DNA of 64,000 nt from Chloroflexota bacterium (GCA_043812795.1 JBDRLU010000038.1:2129-66128); one strand, 5' to 3'; positions 48,389 to 58,212 are shown, numbered from the stretch's first letter. Program-made: numbers and translations. The notes: generated from the letters alone by a model not told the origin.

Positions 48389-49582
48389 ATGAGTTTCGAA
48401 ACATTCCATCTTCATCCGAGCATCATGGCCGGTGTACAGGCGCTCGGTTACGTTACACCCACACCAATCCAGCTTCAAGCGATACCGCCGATTATGCAGG
48501 GTCACGACCTTCTCGGTCTGGCCCAGACCGGGACGGGCAAGACGGCGGCTTTCGCCCTACCAATCTTGCAGCGGCTATTGAAAAGCCCGCGGGGACGCGT
48601 CGGTGCTCTCATCGTTTCACCCACGCGTGAATTGGCCGAGCAGACCAGCGAGGCCATCAATGACCTGGCCAAGCAGACCAATTTGCGGAGTGTGGCTATT
48701 TACGGCGGTGTCAATATGGAGCAACAAACACGCGGGCTGCGCCAGGGAGTCGAAATCATCGTGGCCTGTCCCGGCCGGCTGCTCGACCACCTGTGGCAAG
48801 GCACTATCAGTCTGGCCGACCTGGAAGTCCTGGTCATCGACGAAGCCGACCGCATGTTTGATATGGGTTTTCTACCCGATGTGCACAGCATCTTGAAGTG
48901 CATACTACAAAAAAGACAGACACTCCTTTTCTCGGCCACGATGCCCGATGATATCAGACATTTAGTACACGAAATCCTGCATAACCCGGTCACAGTGCAG
49001 GTTGACCCGCCGGCGCCGGCCAAGACCGTGTCACATGCCCTGTATCCGGTGAACCAGCAATTGAAGACAGCCCTGCTCAAGGAGCTTCTGCGCCAGACCA
49101 AGACCGAATCGGTGCTTGTCTTTACACGGACCAAGTTCCGTGCCGAACGTGTCGCCCAGCAACTGTCCAGAGCGGGCTACCGGGCAACTTGCCTGCAAGG
49201 CAATTTGTCTCAGCACCAACGCCAAGCGGCATTAGATGGCTTTCGCGCCGGTTCGTTCCGTGTCATGGTGGCGACCGATATTGCGGCACGCGGCATCGAT
49301 GTTTTAAGCATCTCCCATGTCATCAACTACGACATGCCGGACAGTACGGACGCCTACACCCATCGTATCGGCCGCACCGGACGGGTGGGCAAGACCGGTG
49401 ACGCCTTCACGTTCGTCACCAGCGAAGATACCCCGATGGTACGCGAGCTCGAGCACCTGCTTAACGGAAAACTGGAACGACGTACCCTCGATGGCTTCAA
49501 CTACAAGATGCGTGAGGATAGAGAACCTGCCCGACCATCACGCCAGTTGCACCGAGCTCAATGGGCTGGAGCCAACGGGTAA
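48389..49582 (+). CDS. DEAD-box RNA helicase (RhlE-like)
   Basis: Q-motif PTPIQ, AQTGTGKT, PTRELA, DEAD, SAT, HRIGRTGR. Confidence 0.96.
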   Translation: MSFETFHLHPSIMAGVQALGYVTPTPIQLQAIPPIMQGHDLLGLAQTGTGKTAAFALPILQRLLKSPRGRVGALIVSPTRELAEQTSEAINDLAKQTNLRSVAIYGGVNMEQQTRGLRQGVEIIVACPGRLLDHLWQGTISLADLEVLVIDEADRMFDMGFLPDVHSILKCILQKRQTLLFSATMPDDIRHLVHEILHNPVTVQVDPPAPAKTVSHALYPVNQQLKTALLKELLRQTKTESVLVFTRTKFRAERVAQQLSRAGYRATCLQGNLSQHQRQAALDGFRAGSFRVMVATDIAARGIDVLSISHVINYDMPDSTDAYTHRIGRTGRVGKTGDAFTFVTSEDTPMVRELEHLLNGKLERRTLDGFNYKMREDREPARPSRQLHRAQWAGANG

Positions 49583-49587
49583 TATTG

Positions 49588-50007
49588 TTACCCGCTGGCA
49601 TAGCCACAATCGTAACATCTTCTGTCATGTATGGATATCGTGCCACCACACTGCGGGCATTGCCATTTCCCCGCTTGCTTTTTAAGCCATCGATTCAGAC
49701 CAAGTTCCTTGATTGCTAGAAGGTTCTCAACCAGGTCGGTGTGATACCTGGTTGTGTAGCGATGGTTCAAACGTTCTAATCGGGCACAGGGGAAATCAGG
49801 ACACTCGAAGCAGAAGTTGATTTTCTTTCCACTGAGTAACCTGCAACCGCGGATAATAAGAGCACATTTTCTATTTTGCGGCCGGCAGCCGGTGCAGGCT
49901 GGCATTCCCTTCCCTCCTGCCAGCCCTCTGACAGTGGCTAAATACCGCTTGCAGACACCACAGTTCATACCACAGGGCGCGACCAATTCCCGGCTCAACT
50001 TAATCAT
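49588..50007 (-). CDS. DUF3795 Cys-rich protein
   Basis: APCGMNCGVC, CTGCR, FCFECPDFPC, CPQCGG...CYDC. Confidence 0.8.
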   Translation of the reverse strand: MIKLSRELVAPCGMNCGVCKRYLATVRGLAGGKGMPACTGCRPQNRKCALIIRGCRLLSGKKINFCFECPDFPCARLERLNHRYTTRYHTDLVENLLAIKELGLNRWLKKQAGKWQCPQCGGTISIHDRRCYDCGYASG

Positions 50008-50192
50008 TAGTTATTTTTATCCTACCTTCTGATAGAACATTTTGGCGAAAACAGCCGATACCGTCAAGGGGGTAGGTCCGCACCAAGATGTAACAATGTG
50101 ACAACCGTAAACGAATGGAACCCGGTTGGTCCGTTTGACTTTACCTCTGTTTCTGGCTAGAGTTAAATTATAGCCAAAGGAGTTGTCTTACC

Positions 50193-51482
50193 ATGGCAAC
50201 ATTACTCGTCCTGTACCCCGCTTACGGAACAGTCTCGTGCGAACGGGTATCCCGCTTCGCCGAGGAGATTCCCGGCTTGAAGCTTGTCCTCGCCGATGAT
50301 GAGCCGACCACCTCCGATGAAGATATCTTCAGTGAAGTCGTGGAACTGCCCCCGCCGGAGAAACTGGCCGAGGCACACGATATCATACGCCGCTGGTGTG
50401 ACAAAAGGCACCCCGACGGTATTTTTATGCAGTCGGAAAGAGGGCTATTACTTGGCGCGCTCCTGGCCGAAGAGTACAACCTAAAAGGCCCATCGGTTGA
50501 GGCCGCTCATCTTTGTGCCAACAAGTACCGGCAGCGCACTGTTCTATCCCATGCCGGTATCGGTAACCCGCTCTTTACGCTGGCGGAGAACGCTGATGAC
50601 GTCCGCCGTCTCGGCAAAGATTTCGACTATCCCCTCGTCCTCAAATGCGTGATTTCCACCATGTCACGGCTCGTGACGCTGGTGTGCCGTAAGGAGGATG
50701 TCGATACCGCCGTCGAGCGTATCCGTACCGGGCTGGCCAAGTCCATGGACGTCGCCCGCCTCACCAGCTTCGCTCAGACGGTCAGGGTTGACCTGGGCTG
50801 CGACCCCCGTGAGCAATTTCTCGTTGAGTCCTTTCTGGCCGGCGATATGGTCGAGACCGACGGGCTGGTTGTGGAAAGCCGACCCTTTACTTTCGGGGTG
50901 ACCGAGCAGATACAAAGCGTGAACCCGCCTTTTTTCATCGAAGGTTATCTGTTTCCCGCCGAGTGCATTGATAGTAAGCCAGTCGAAAAAGTGTCGGATG
51001 CGATAATCAAAGCTACCGGCCTGAGAAATTCCGGCTTTTCCATCGAAATGCGGGTCTGTAACGGCGAGATACAGCTGATGGAGATAAATGGACGGCTGGG
51101 CTGGGATGACGGCTTTAATGATTTATTCGAAGTACGTACCCATCAACAAAGAGTGTTCCAGACATTACAGCTTGCCCTGGGCATCGAACCGAAGCTCATC
51201 CGTGACGAAAGTCATTTTGCTGCCCTGGCTTATCGTTCCTACTACTACGATGGCTTTGTTGAGGAATTGCCGACACGAGACGAACTGGCTCAGCTCGAGC
51301 GCGATGGCCTCAGATTCGGACTGTCCACCCACAACGGTGCCCGCTTCATCGCGCCGCCCAGTCCCGACGTCTACCCCCACGTGGCCTGGGCACTGGCCAA
51401 TCACCCGGCTTCCAGCCACGCCGCCTACGATATTGCCCGCCGGGCAGTCGACGGGCTCGATATCGCGGTACGCCGGATATAA
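50193..51482 (+). CDS. ATP-grasp domain protein (amino-acid/peptide ligase-like)
   Basis: CANKYRQR, YPLVLK, FLVESFLAG, MEINGRLG; TTGACT-17-TAGAGT promoter, AAGGAG SD. Confidence 0.82.
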   Translation: MATLLVLYPAYGTVSCERVSRFAEEIPGLKLVLADDEPTTSDEDIFSEVVELPPPEKLAEAHDIIRRWCDKRHPDGIFMQSERGLLLGALLAEEYNLKGPSVEAAHLCANKYRQRTVLSHAGIGNPLFTLAENADDVRRLGKDFDYPLVLKCVISTMSRLVTLVCRKEDVDTAVERIRTGLAKSMDVARLTSFAQTVRVDLGCDPREQFLVESFLAGDMVETDGLVVESRPFTFGVTEQIQSVNPPFFIEGYLFPAECIDSKPVEKVSDAIIKATGLRNSGFSIEMRVCNGEIQLMEINGRLGWDDGFNDLFEVRTHQQRVFQTLQLALGIEPKLIRDESHFAALAYRSYYYDGFVEELPTRDELAQLERDGLRFGLSTHNGARFIAPPSPDVYPHVAWALANHPASSHAAYDIARRAVDGLDIAVRRI

Positions 51483-51498
51483 AGGTATTCGATAAAAC

Positions 51499-52635
51499 CT
51501 AATCTTCGGTGCCCTTCAGCGAAAGGGCGAGATTGAGATAAAGACGGGCGGCCTGGACTACCTGCGCGAAAGAGACCGATTCACCCTGCGCGTGCGCTGC
51601 TTCCAAGCGTCCCGGACCCAGAATAATAGGGTCAACACCGGCCGTCCACAGGATATTGCCATCGGAATGGCTCCTGAAGCTCTGGGGTTCCCAGGGAAGG
51701 GCCATCTGGCGATAGACTTCGCTCAGTTTGCCCACCATCGGCCTCTCGGCAGAAATCCGGTAGCCGGAATAGGCTTCCTCGAACCTCAGAATAGCGTCCA
51801 GTCCGGGAATGGCATCTCTGCTGGCTCTCACTACCTGTTCCAGCTCAGTCTTTAGCACGTCGATACTGGACTCAGGCGGTAAATGCAGGTCTAAATACGC
51901 CTCGCAAATCGCCGGTACTACGAAACCACTGGGGAAGCCTGTAAGCTCCCTGATATTATAAACGAGCCCGGGTGACCCTGAAGTAAAGTACCTGATGACC
52001 TCGAGAAGAAGTTTAAGCATATGCTCGATAGCGTTCTGCCCGCGCTCGGGCATAGCGGAATGGGCCTGTTTCCCCTGCGTGCGCAGTAGTACTTCCAGAT
52101 AGCCATAGTGGCCGAGGCAGGGTTCCAGATTGGTCGGTTCGCCAACCACCGCCCACGGAAAACTATATTCCTCAACCAGGGCCTTGGCCCCTTTATTATC
52201 TTCCTCTTCATCGACCACCAGAGCGAGGCCAACCGGTGGGAACGTATCGGGGTAGCCGGACAGAACAGTGAACGCTTCTATCATCGCCGCACAGCCAGCT
52301 TTCATGTCCGCTGTACCTAATCCGAAAATCGTGTCACCCTCCTTACGAGACTGGTAGTCCTCAAGCTCATAGGCGGCGACCGTATCCACGTGGCCAACGA
52401 AGCAAAGCTCTATTTCTGCGGTATCCTCTTTTCCCCCGGGCAAAACAATAAGATTAGCGCGGTCGTCATCGACTTCCTGCCGGACAATCTTCAGGCCTAC
52501 CTTTTTCAGGTAGTCTTCGGTAAACTCAAGTAGTTCCTCTTCCTTACCGGAAGGGCTGTAGATGTCCACTAGGGCTTTCAGCAGCCTTTCCAACCTTCTC
52601 GGCTGAATATCAGGCTTTCCGTCCGGAGACATCAT
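51499..52635 (-). CDS. M20 family metallopeptidase/deacetylase (ArgE/DapE-like)
   Basis: SPSGKEE, GHVDTV, GLGTADMKAG, VDEE, VVGEPT, AHSAMPERGQNAI, GPG...AH. Confidence 0.9.
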   Translation of the reverse strand: MMSPDGKPDIQPRRLERLLKALVDIYSPSGKEEELLEFTEDYLKKVGLKIVRQEVDDDRANLIVLPGGKEDTAEIELCFVGHVDTVAAYELEDYQSRKEGDTIFGLGTADMKAGCAAMIEAFTVLSGYPDTFPPVGLALVVDEEEDNKGAKALVEEYSFPWAVVGEPTNLEPCLGHYGYLEVLLRTQGKQAHSAMPERGQNAIEHMLKLLLEVIRYFTSGSPGLVYNIRELTGFPSGFVVPAICEAYLDLHLPPESSIDVLKTELEQVVRASRDAIPGLDAILRFEEAYSGYRISAERPMVGKLSEVYRQMALPWEPQSFRSHSDGNILWTAGVDPIILGPGRLEAAHAQGESVSFAQVVQAARLYLNLALSLKGTED

Positions 52636-53195
52636 CGACTGCTTCCTCCACCTTCATCACGGCGAGCCGTAGCTACCGCACTGGCGGTTGCCTTCTTCGC
52701 CCGCCCCGGCAGTATCTTGGTAAGCCAGATATGGCCACCGCCCGGTGAGAAACCGAGGGACGTGAAAAAGGAGATAGCGTCCTCGTTGTCCTCTTCCGTA
52801 TCGACCATCATCATTCTGACACCATCTTTCTTGAACTTCTGCTCCATCCTCCGGTAAAGGCGATAACCGAGCCGGCTCCGCTGGAACTTATCATCGATGC
52901 CTATCCAGGTCAAATAGCCGTACCTCCTCCAGGCAGTACCCTTCTTTTCGAGAATCGTCGCCAGGGCGAAACCAACAATTTTACCCGACGGTTCGGTTTC
53001 CGCCACCAGGCAATACTCCGGGTCGGAAGTGAAGAAGTCAGTTACTTCCCACGGGTCCCAGGTGCGATAAAGGATGGGGAACTCCTCGCTGGTAAAAAGA
53101 CTTTCACCCAGGCGATAAACAGCACTGATATCATCAATCTCCATCTGCCTGATATTAATGCGAACTTTTCGTTTGGGGCTACGTCGTACCATCAT
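52632..53195 (-). CDS. GNAT family N-acetyltransferase
   Basis: IRQMEIDD, IVGFAL, WIGIDDKFQRSRLG, NEDAISFFTSLGF; ATGA overlap with the M20 gene. Confidence 0.9.
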   Translation of the reverse strand: MMVRRSPKRKVRINIRQMEIDDISAVYRLGESLFTSEEFPILYRTWDPWEVTDFFTSDPEYCLVAETEPSGKIVGFALATILEKKGTAWRRYGYLTWIGIDDKFQRSRLGYRLYRRMEQKFKKDGVRMMMVDTEEDNEDAISFFTSLGFSPGGGHIWLTKILPGRAKKATASAVATARRDEGGGSSR

Positions 53196-53358
53196 GCCTC
53201 CTAAGTTTTAACAATACCTTAAATAAATATCCCGACGAATCCATCCGCCTTAATAATGATAATACCGCAACCTTCCTGGACACTCAACTGACAAAGCTAG
53301 GCATTAAACCCATTTGCCCACGAACAAGACTTAGTGTATAATAAAAACCGCGTTCCCC

Positions 53359-53733
53359 ATGGAGAGGATGGAAACTAAGAAGCGGGTGTTGTTGGTTGAC
53401 GACGAACCAGGTATCCTGCGGTTCGTCACAACGTATCTAACCTCAGCCAATTATGAGGTCATTACGGCCACGAATGGTTCAGAAGCCTTGCAATCGGCCG
53501 CTGACAATAAACCCGATATTATACTGCTCGACCTGCTCATGGTTCCGATGGGCGGGGCCGATGTACTCAAGAAATTGCGCACCTTCTCTCAGGTGCCGGT
53601 GATTATCGTCACCGCCCTGAGTATTTCTGCCGAGCAGGTCCGGCAAATGGGTGCCAACAATTTTATTGCCAAACCCTTTAAGCCTGAAAAATTGGTAAGA
53701 AAAATCGAAGCTACCCTTAAAAGAAAAACTTAA
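53359..53733 (+). CDS. Stand-alone response regulator receiver (CheY-like)
   Basis: VLLVDDE, DIILLDLLM, IIVTA, FIAKPF; TTGCCC-17-TATAAT upstream. Confidence 0.9.
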   Translation: MERMETKKRVLLVDDEPGILRFVTTYLTSANYEVITATNGSEALQSAADNKPDIILLDLLMVPMGGADVLKKLRTFSQVPVIIVTALSISAEQVRQMGANNFIAKPFKPEKLVRKIEATLKRKT

Positions 53734-54064
53734 ACTGCCCTTCAGGTTATCCGTCGTACTAAGCCTTTACTTCTAAATACGGCTACTTTATGTAAACTTT
53801 GTCAATCGATAAAGGGCGCCAAGAGCAAAAACCACCAAGGCGAAAATAATAATTGCATCATGGTAATATTTGCGTAATAATATGAGGAACAATAATAACC
53901 CGGTAACGGGATGAACGGAAAAGGTTAAAACTGGAACACCTGACTAGAACGATATTTACCATGGCTGTCAGTGGCGGACATTTAACCAAGCTAATGGACC
54001 TCCGGCACTTCACGCACAGTAACGTACCTGCGATAGACACCACCTCCTCAGACGAATATCTTAA

Positions 54065-55792
54065 GTGGAGGCAGCTGTGATATCGGGAGCACCACGGGAG
54101 GCGCTCACGGTTGCCTACTTTTCCATGGAATGCGGCCTCGACCCGGCGATGCCCACGTACAGCGGCGGCCTGGGCATACTGGCCGGAGATACGCTGCGGG
54201 CGGCAGCCGACCTGGGCCTGCCCGCCGTCGGGATAACACTCCTGCACCGTAAAGGCTACGGCCGGCAGCACCTCGATGCACAGGGAAACCAGTCCGAGAG
54301 CGATGTCACCTGGTCACCCCGGGACTTCCTGGAACCACTCCCGCTGCGAGTGGCGGTCACTATCGCCGGCCGCCAGGTACAAGTACAGGCATGGCGCTAC
54401 CTGGTTCATGGCGAGTTCGGTTTTACTGTCCCGATCTATTTCCTGGACACAGCCCTTCCCGAGAACACGCCCTGGGAGCAAAGCCTGACTGACCATCTTT
54501 ACGGTGGGGATAGACACTACCGCCTCGCCCAGGAGATAGTGCTGGGTTTCGGCGGCGTTGCCCTGTTGCGTTCTCTGGGCTACACCAAAGTGCATGCTTA
54601 TCATATGAACGAAGGGCACTCTACCCTCACCGTGCTGGCACTACTGGAGGAGCAGGTATGGGGACGAGGCCTGGCAGCAGCGACAAGCGAGGACAAAGAG
54701 GCGGTACGCCAGCGCTGCGTCTTCACCACACATACCCCCGTCCTGGCCGGGCAGGACGATTTTCCTCTCGACCTGGCCCGAGAGGTACTGGGTGAGGAGC
54801 TGACTGACCTCCTCTCACAAGCACAATGTTGCATCGACGGCCGGCTCAATCTGAGTGCCCTGGGCGTGAATTTCTCTCGTTATGTCAACGGTGTCTCCCT
54901 GCGCCATGAGGAGATTTCACGCCAGCTTTTTTCCAACCACTTTATCGATGCCATATCTAACGGCGTCCATGCCCTTACCTGGACGGGACTGTCTTTCCGG
55001 CAGCTTTACGACCGCTATATTCCCGAATGGCGCCGCGATAACCTTTACCTGAGATACGCCGTCGGCATACCCCTGGATGAAATCTGGCAGGCTCATCTGA
55101 CCGCCAAGGAACAATTGCTCGCCGAAGTGGCCAAACGGAGCGGTGTACGCCTGGACCCGACCGTACTAACCATCGGTTTTGCCCGCCGCGCCGCAGCCTA
55201 CAAAAGAATGGACTTCCTTTTTCGCGACCTCGACCGTCTGAAGCGAATTACACAGCAGGTCGGGCCGATTCAGGTACTGTGCGGCGGGAAAGCTCATCCC
55301 CACGATGAGGGAGGCAAAGCCCTTATCCGTCGCATCTTCGAGGCCGCCGGTACCGTAGCCGATACCATACCGGTCGTCTATCTTGAAGAATACGACATCG
55401 CTCTCGCCAAGTATCTGGTCTCCGGCGTGGACTTGTGGTTGAATACGCCACAGAAGCCGCAGGAAGCCTCAGGTACGAGCGGGATGAAAGCCGCCCTCAA
55501 TGGCATCCCCAGCCTGAGCATACTGGACGGGTGGTGGATTGAGGGGCACGTCGAGGGTGTCACCGGATGGTCAATCGGGGATAGCTGGCAGACCGAGGCC
55601 AGTCCAGAAAGCGAAATTAAGTCGCTCTATGACAAGCTAGAGTACTTGATTGTGCCCATGTTTTACACACGGCACAACGTTTTTACCGGCATTATGCGTT
55701 CCGCCATCGCCATCAACGGGTCTTATTTCAACGCCCAGCGCATGGTCGCCCAGTACTTACAGAACGCCTATCTGAGAGCGGCTAATCCGTAG
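54065..55792 (+). CDS. glgP: Alpha-glucan (glycogen) phosphorylase
   Basis: AYFSME, YSGGLGILAGD, HMNEGH, FTTHTP, FARRAAAYKR, GKAHP, EASGTSGMKAALNG; start may be GTG 54077. Confidence 0.95.
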   Translation: MEAAVISGAPREALTVAYFSMECGLDPAMPTYSGGLGILAGDTLRAAADLGLPAVGITLLHRKGYGRQHLDAQGNQSESDVTWSPRDFLEPLPLRVAVTIAGRQVQVQAWRYLVHGEFGFTVPIYFLDTALPENTPWEQSLTDHLYGGDRHYRLAQEIVLGFGGVALLRSLGYTKVHAYHMNEGHSTLTVLALLEEQVWGRGLAAATSEDKEAVRQRCVFTTHTPVLAGQDDFPLDLAREVLGEELTDLLSQAQCCIDGRLNLSALGVNFSRYVNGVSLRHEEISRQLFSNHFIDAISNGVHALTWTGLSFRQLYDRYIPEWRRDNLYLRYAVGIPLDEIWQAHLTAKEQLLAEVAKRSGVRLDPTVLTIGFARRAAAYKRMDFLFRDLDRLKRITQQVGPIQVLCGGKAHPHDEGGKALIRRIFEAAGTVADTIPVVYLEEYDIALAKYLVSGVDLWLNTPQKPQEASGTSGMKAALNGIPSLSILDGWWIEGHVEGVTGWSIGDSWQTEASPESEIKSLYDKLEYLIVPMFYTRHNVFTGIMRSAIAINGSYFNAQRMVAQYLQNAYLRAANP

Positions 55793-55805
55793 CAATAAGA
55801 GGTAA

Positions 55806-56020
55806 CCTCACTCCTGACCCTCTCCTTAGGAAGGAGAGGGTGAACTAGAATAAGAGGGCTTCGCCCTCTTCTGACAACTCCCAAATAGCCCAAATGTCAT
55901 TCTGGCGAAGGCCAGAATCCAACAGCAGGATGTCGTTGCGAGCCCTGTTGATGGGAAAGGAAGAAATCCCGTTCGGTTTCTACGAGATTGCCACGGGCAC
56001 TACGTACCCTCGCAATGACA
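55806..56020. repeat. Composite palindromic repeat cluster between convergent genes
   Basis: ACCCTCTCCTTAGGAAGGAGAGGGT, AAGAGGGCTTCGCCCTCTT, TGTCATTCTGGCGAAGGCCAGAATCC (identical to 5413-5438), and doublet TGTCGTTGCGAG...GAGATTGCCACGGGCACTACGTACCCTCGCAATGACA. Confidence 0.85.
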
Positions 56021-56027
56021 CAGCGTA

Positions 56028-57977
56028 CTATATTTTCAATCCTGCGTCGGCACCTTCGTTGACAGCGGCCAGGCCATCGCGGGGCTGAACGCAGTCGCCC
56101 ACCGAATAGACTTCGGGAGCGGCGCCTTTTAGCTCCTCGGCCAGCTTGTTCTCGGAAACGTAACCCACAGCCAGCACTATGGTCTCGGCCGGTAGCATCA
56201 GCAGGGTATGGTTAGTAATCAAGCTGATGCCGTTCTGTCTTATTTCAATCACGTTGCAGTTGGGATAGAAAGGGACGCCCTGTTGAATTAACCTCTCTCG
56301 CAGGGCCATGAAGGTGTTATATTCCACGTCCCGTCCTACCTCACGGCGGGTCACCAGAGAAACCTTTTTACCCTCTCTAGCCAGGTCTAAAGCCACCTCC
56401 ATGCCGACGTAGCGGCCACCGACGACCACCACCTGCTTGCCTACCTTCGCTTTCTTAGTGATAACATCGACCGCCTGCACGACATTAGCCCCGGAGGCGC
56501 CGGGAACATCAAGCGTCGCCGGTCGGGCGCCGGTGGCAACTACCAAGGCATCAGGATGAGATTCTTTGACCGTAGCGGCCGTGACCTCGGTCTTCAGCAC
56601 CACTTTTACCTTAGCCTGCTGCAGCCGTCGCTCAATGAGCTGAGTTACCGTACTAAAAAAGCTCTTATCCTTTTCCATACAGGCCACATTCCACTGGCCG
56701 CCCAGCTTATCCGCCTTCTCATAAAGAGTCACCTGATGTCCCCGTTGCGCCGCCACCAGGGCCGCCTCCATGCCGGCCAGGCCGCCGCCGATAACCATGA
56801 CTTTTTTGGGCGCCGCCACCGGCTTGAGTTTATCCTGATATTCCTGGTCGCGGGCCAGTGCCGGATTGACCGTGCAGCTCAGCGGTTTGAGAGTATAGGT
56901 CCGGTGCAGGCAGTTATTACAGAAAATACACCACTGAACATCGTCCAGGCGCCCGGTACGGACTTTCTCCGGCCAGTACGGGTCAGCCAGCAGTGACCGC
57001 CCCAGGTCGATAAAGTCCGCCTTCCCATCGCGGAGAATTTTCTCCGCCAGGGCCGGGTCGCCAATCTTACCCACGGTCATGACGGGCACCTTCACCACTT
57101 TCTTAATGCCTTCGGCATAGCGCACCAGTGCCCCTGATTCCTGCATATAGGGCAGGAACTGCCAGTGCGACCCTTCATTGGCCCCCGCCGAGACATCCAG
57201 AGCTGTCACACCGACTTTCACATACATCTTGGCGATTTCAATAGCTTCGGGCGGAGTAAGGCTACCTTCGTAACCATCCCAGCCATCCATTCTCATTATC
57301 ACCGGATAATCAGGCCCTACCCTTTTTCTGATGGAAGCAATAATTTCACAGCCGAGCCTGGCCCGGTTTTCCAGACTACCCCCGTATTCGTCGGTGCGTT
57401 TATTATAGAAGGGGTTGTGGAACTGGCAGATTATCTTTCCATGGGCGCCGTGAATATGGACGGCATCGAAACCGGCCTCTTTCGTCCGCCGGGCACCCTC
57501 ACCGAAAGCCTCGACTATCTCATGGATTTCGGGAATGGTAAGTGCTTTCGCCATCATACCGCTACGCACGTAGGGTATTGCTGAAGGGCCGACGACTACC
57601 TGCTCCTCACCCGGCCCGAAGGGAGCCAGTCGCCTCGGGTCACCCATCGAATTACCGATATGGGCCACCTGCAACGCCACCTTGGCCCCGTTGCTATGGA
57701 TGGCATCGACAAAACCTTTCAGTCCGGGGATAAACTTATCGTCCCAGACATCCATGTAAAATTTCGAGGCGCGGCAATTGGCCATCACCGGCGTCACCTG
57801 AGTGACAATCAGGCCGACCCCGCCCTTAGCCCTCTCGGCAAAATGGTCGGTCAGCTTCTGGGTAACGAAGCCGTTACCGTCGCCCAGCGGCATCGCCATC
57901 GGTGACATGACAATCCGGTTCTTAATCTCCAGGGGGCCAATTTTGCCAGGTTGAAAGAGAAGTTTGAAGTCCGCCAT
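56028..57977 (-). CDS. NADH:flavin oxidoreductase (OYE plus Fe-S/FAD domain; enoate-reductase/BaiH-like)
   Basis: KNRIVMSPM, RAKGGVGLI, HGAHG, RTDEYGGSLENR, CIFCNNC..C, IGGGLAGMEAA; promoter TTGACA-17-CATACT near 58047-58019. Confidence 0.93.
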   Translation of the reverse strand: MADFKLLFQPGKIGPLEIKNRIVMSPMAMPLGDGNGFVTQKLTDHFAERAKGGVGLIVTQVTPVMANCRASKFYMDVWDDKFIPGLKGFVDAIHSNGAKVALQVAHIGNSMGDPRRLAPFGPGEEQVVVGPSAIPYVRSGMMAKALTIPEIHEIVEAFGEGARRTKEAGFDAVHIHGAHGKIICQFHNPFYNKRTDEYGGSLENRARLGCEIIASIRKRVGPDYPVIMRMDGWDGYEGSLTPPEAIEIAKMYVKVGVTALDVSAGANEGSHWQFLPYMQESGALVRYAEGIKKVVKVPVMTVGKIGDPALAEKILRDGKADFIDLGRSLLADPYWPEKVRTGRLDDVQWCIFCNNCLHRTYTLKPLSCTVNPALARDQEYQDKLKPVAAPKKVMVIGGGLAGMEAALVAAQRGHQVTLYEKADKLGGQWNVACMEKDKSFFSTVTQLIERRLQQAKVKVVLKTEVTAATVKESHPDALVVATGARPATLDVPGASGANVVQAVDVITKKAKVGKQVVVVGGRYVGMEVALDLAREGKKVSLVTRREVGRDVEYNTFMALRERLIQQGVPFYPNCNVIEIRQNGISLITNHTLLMLPAETIVLAVGYVSENKLAEELKGAAPEVYSVGDCVQPRDGLAAVNEGADAGLKI

Positions 57978-58212
57978 CGTCCACCTCCAGTGTTAATAGA
58001 TTTATGGGGGACTACCCTCAAGCAGGGCAGTTGTCCCAAAGTATGCCATCAATTTTCAGGAGTGTCAAGATAAATGATAAACAGCACGCGGGTACGCATT
58101 TCCCCAAGGTGAGGCATACTCACTTTTTATAAACTAATGTACACCAAGCTTCGAGGAGGACGTTACTTGATAATTTGTTTACTAACTGATAATATATGAC
58201 CAATTGAATATC

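Noticed and set aside
53961-54080. 39-codon upstream ORF overlapping the glgP GTG
   Set aside because: No SD and no recognisable features; likely chance
55894-56088. 64-aa ORF
   Set aside because: Translation of repeat doublets plus antisense of the oxidoreductase end
38680-58000. Prophage or integrative element at tRNA-Ala
   Set aside because: No integrase, phage or conjugation genes and no att-like duplication seen
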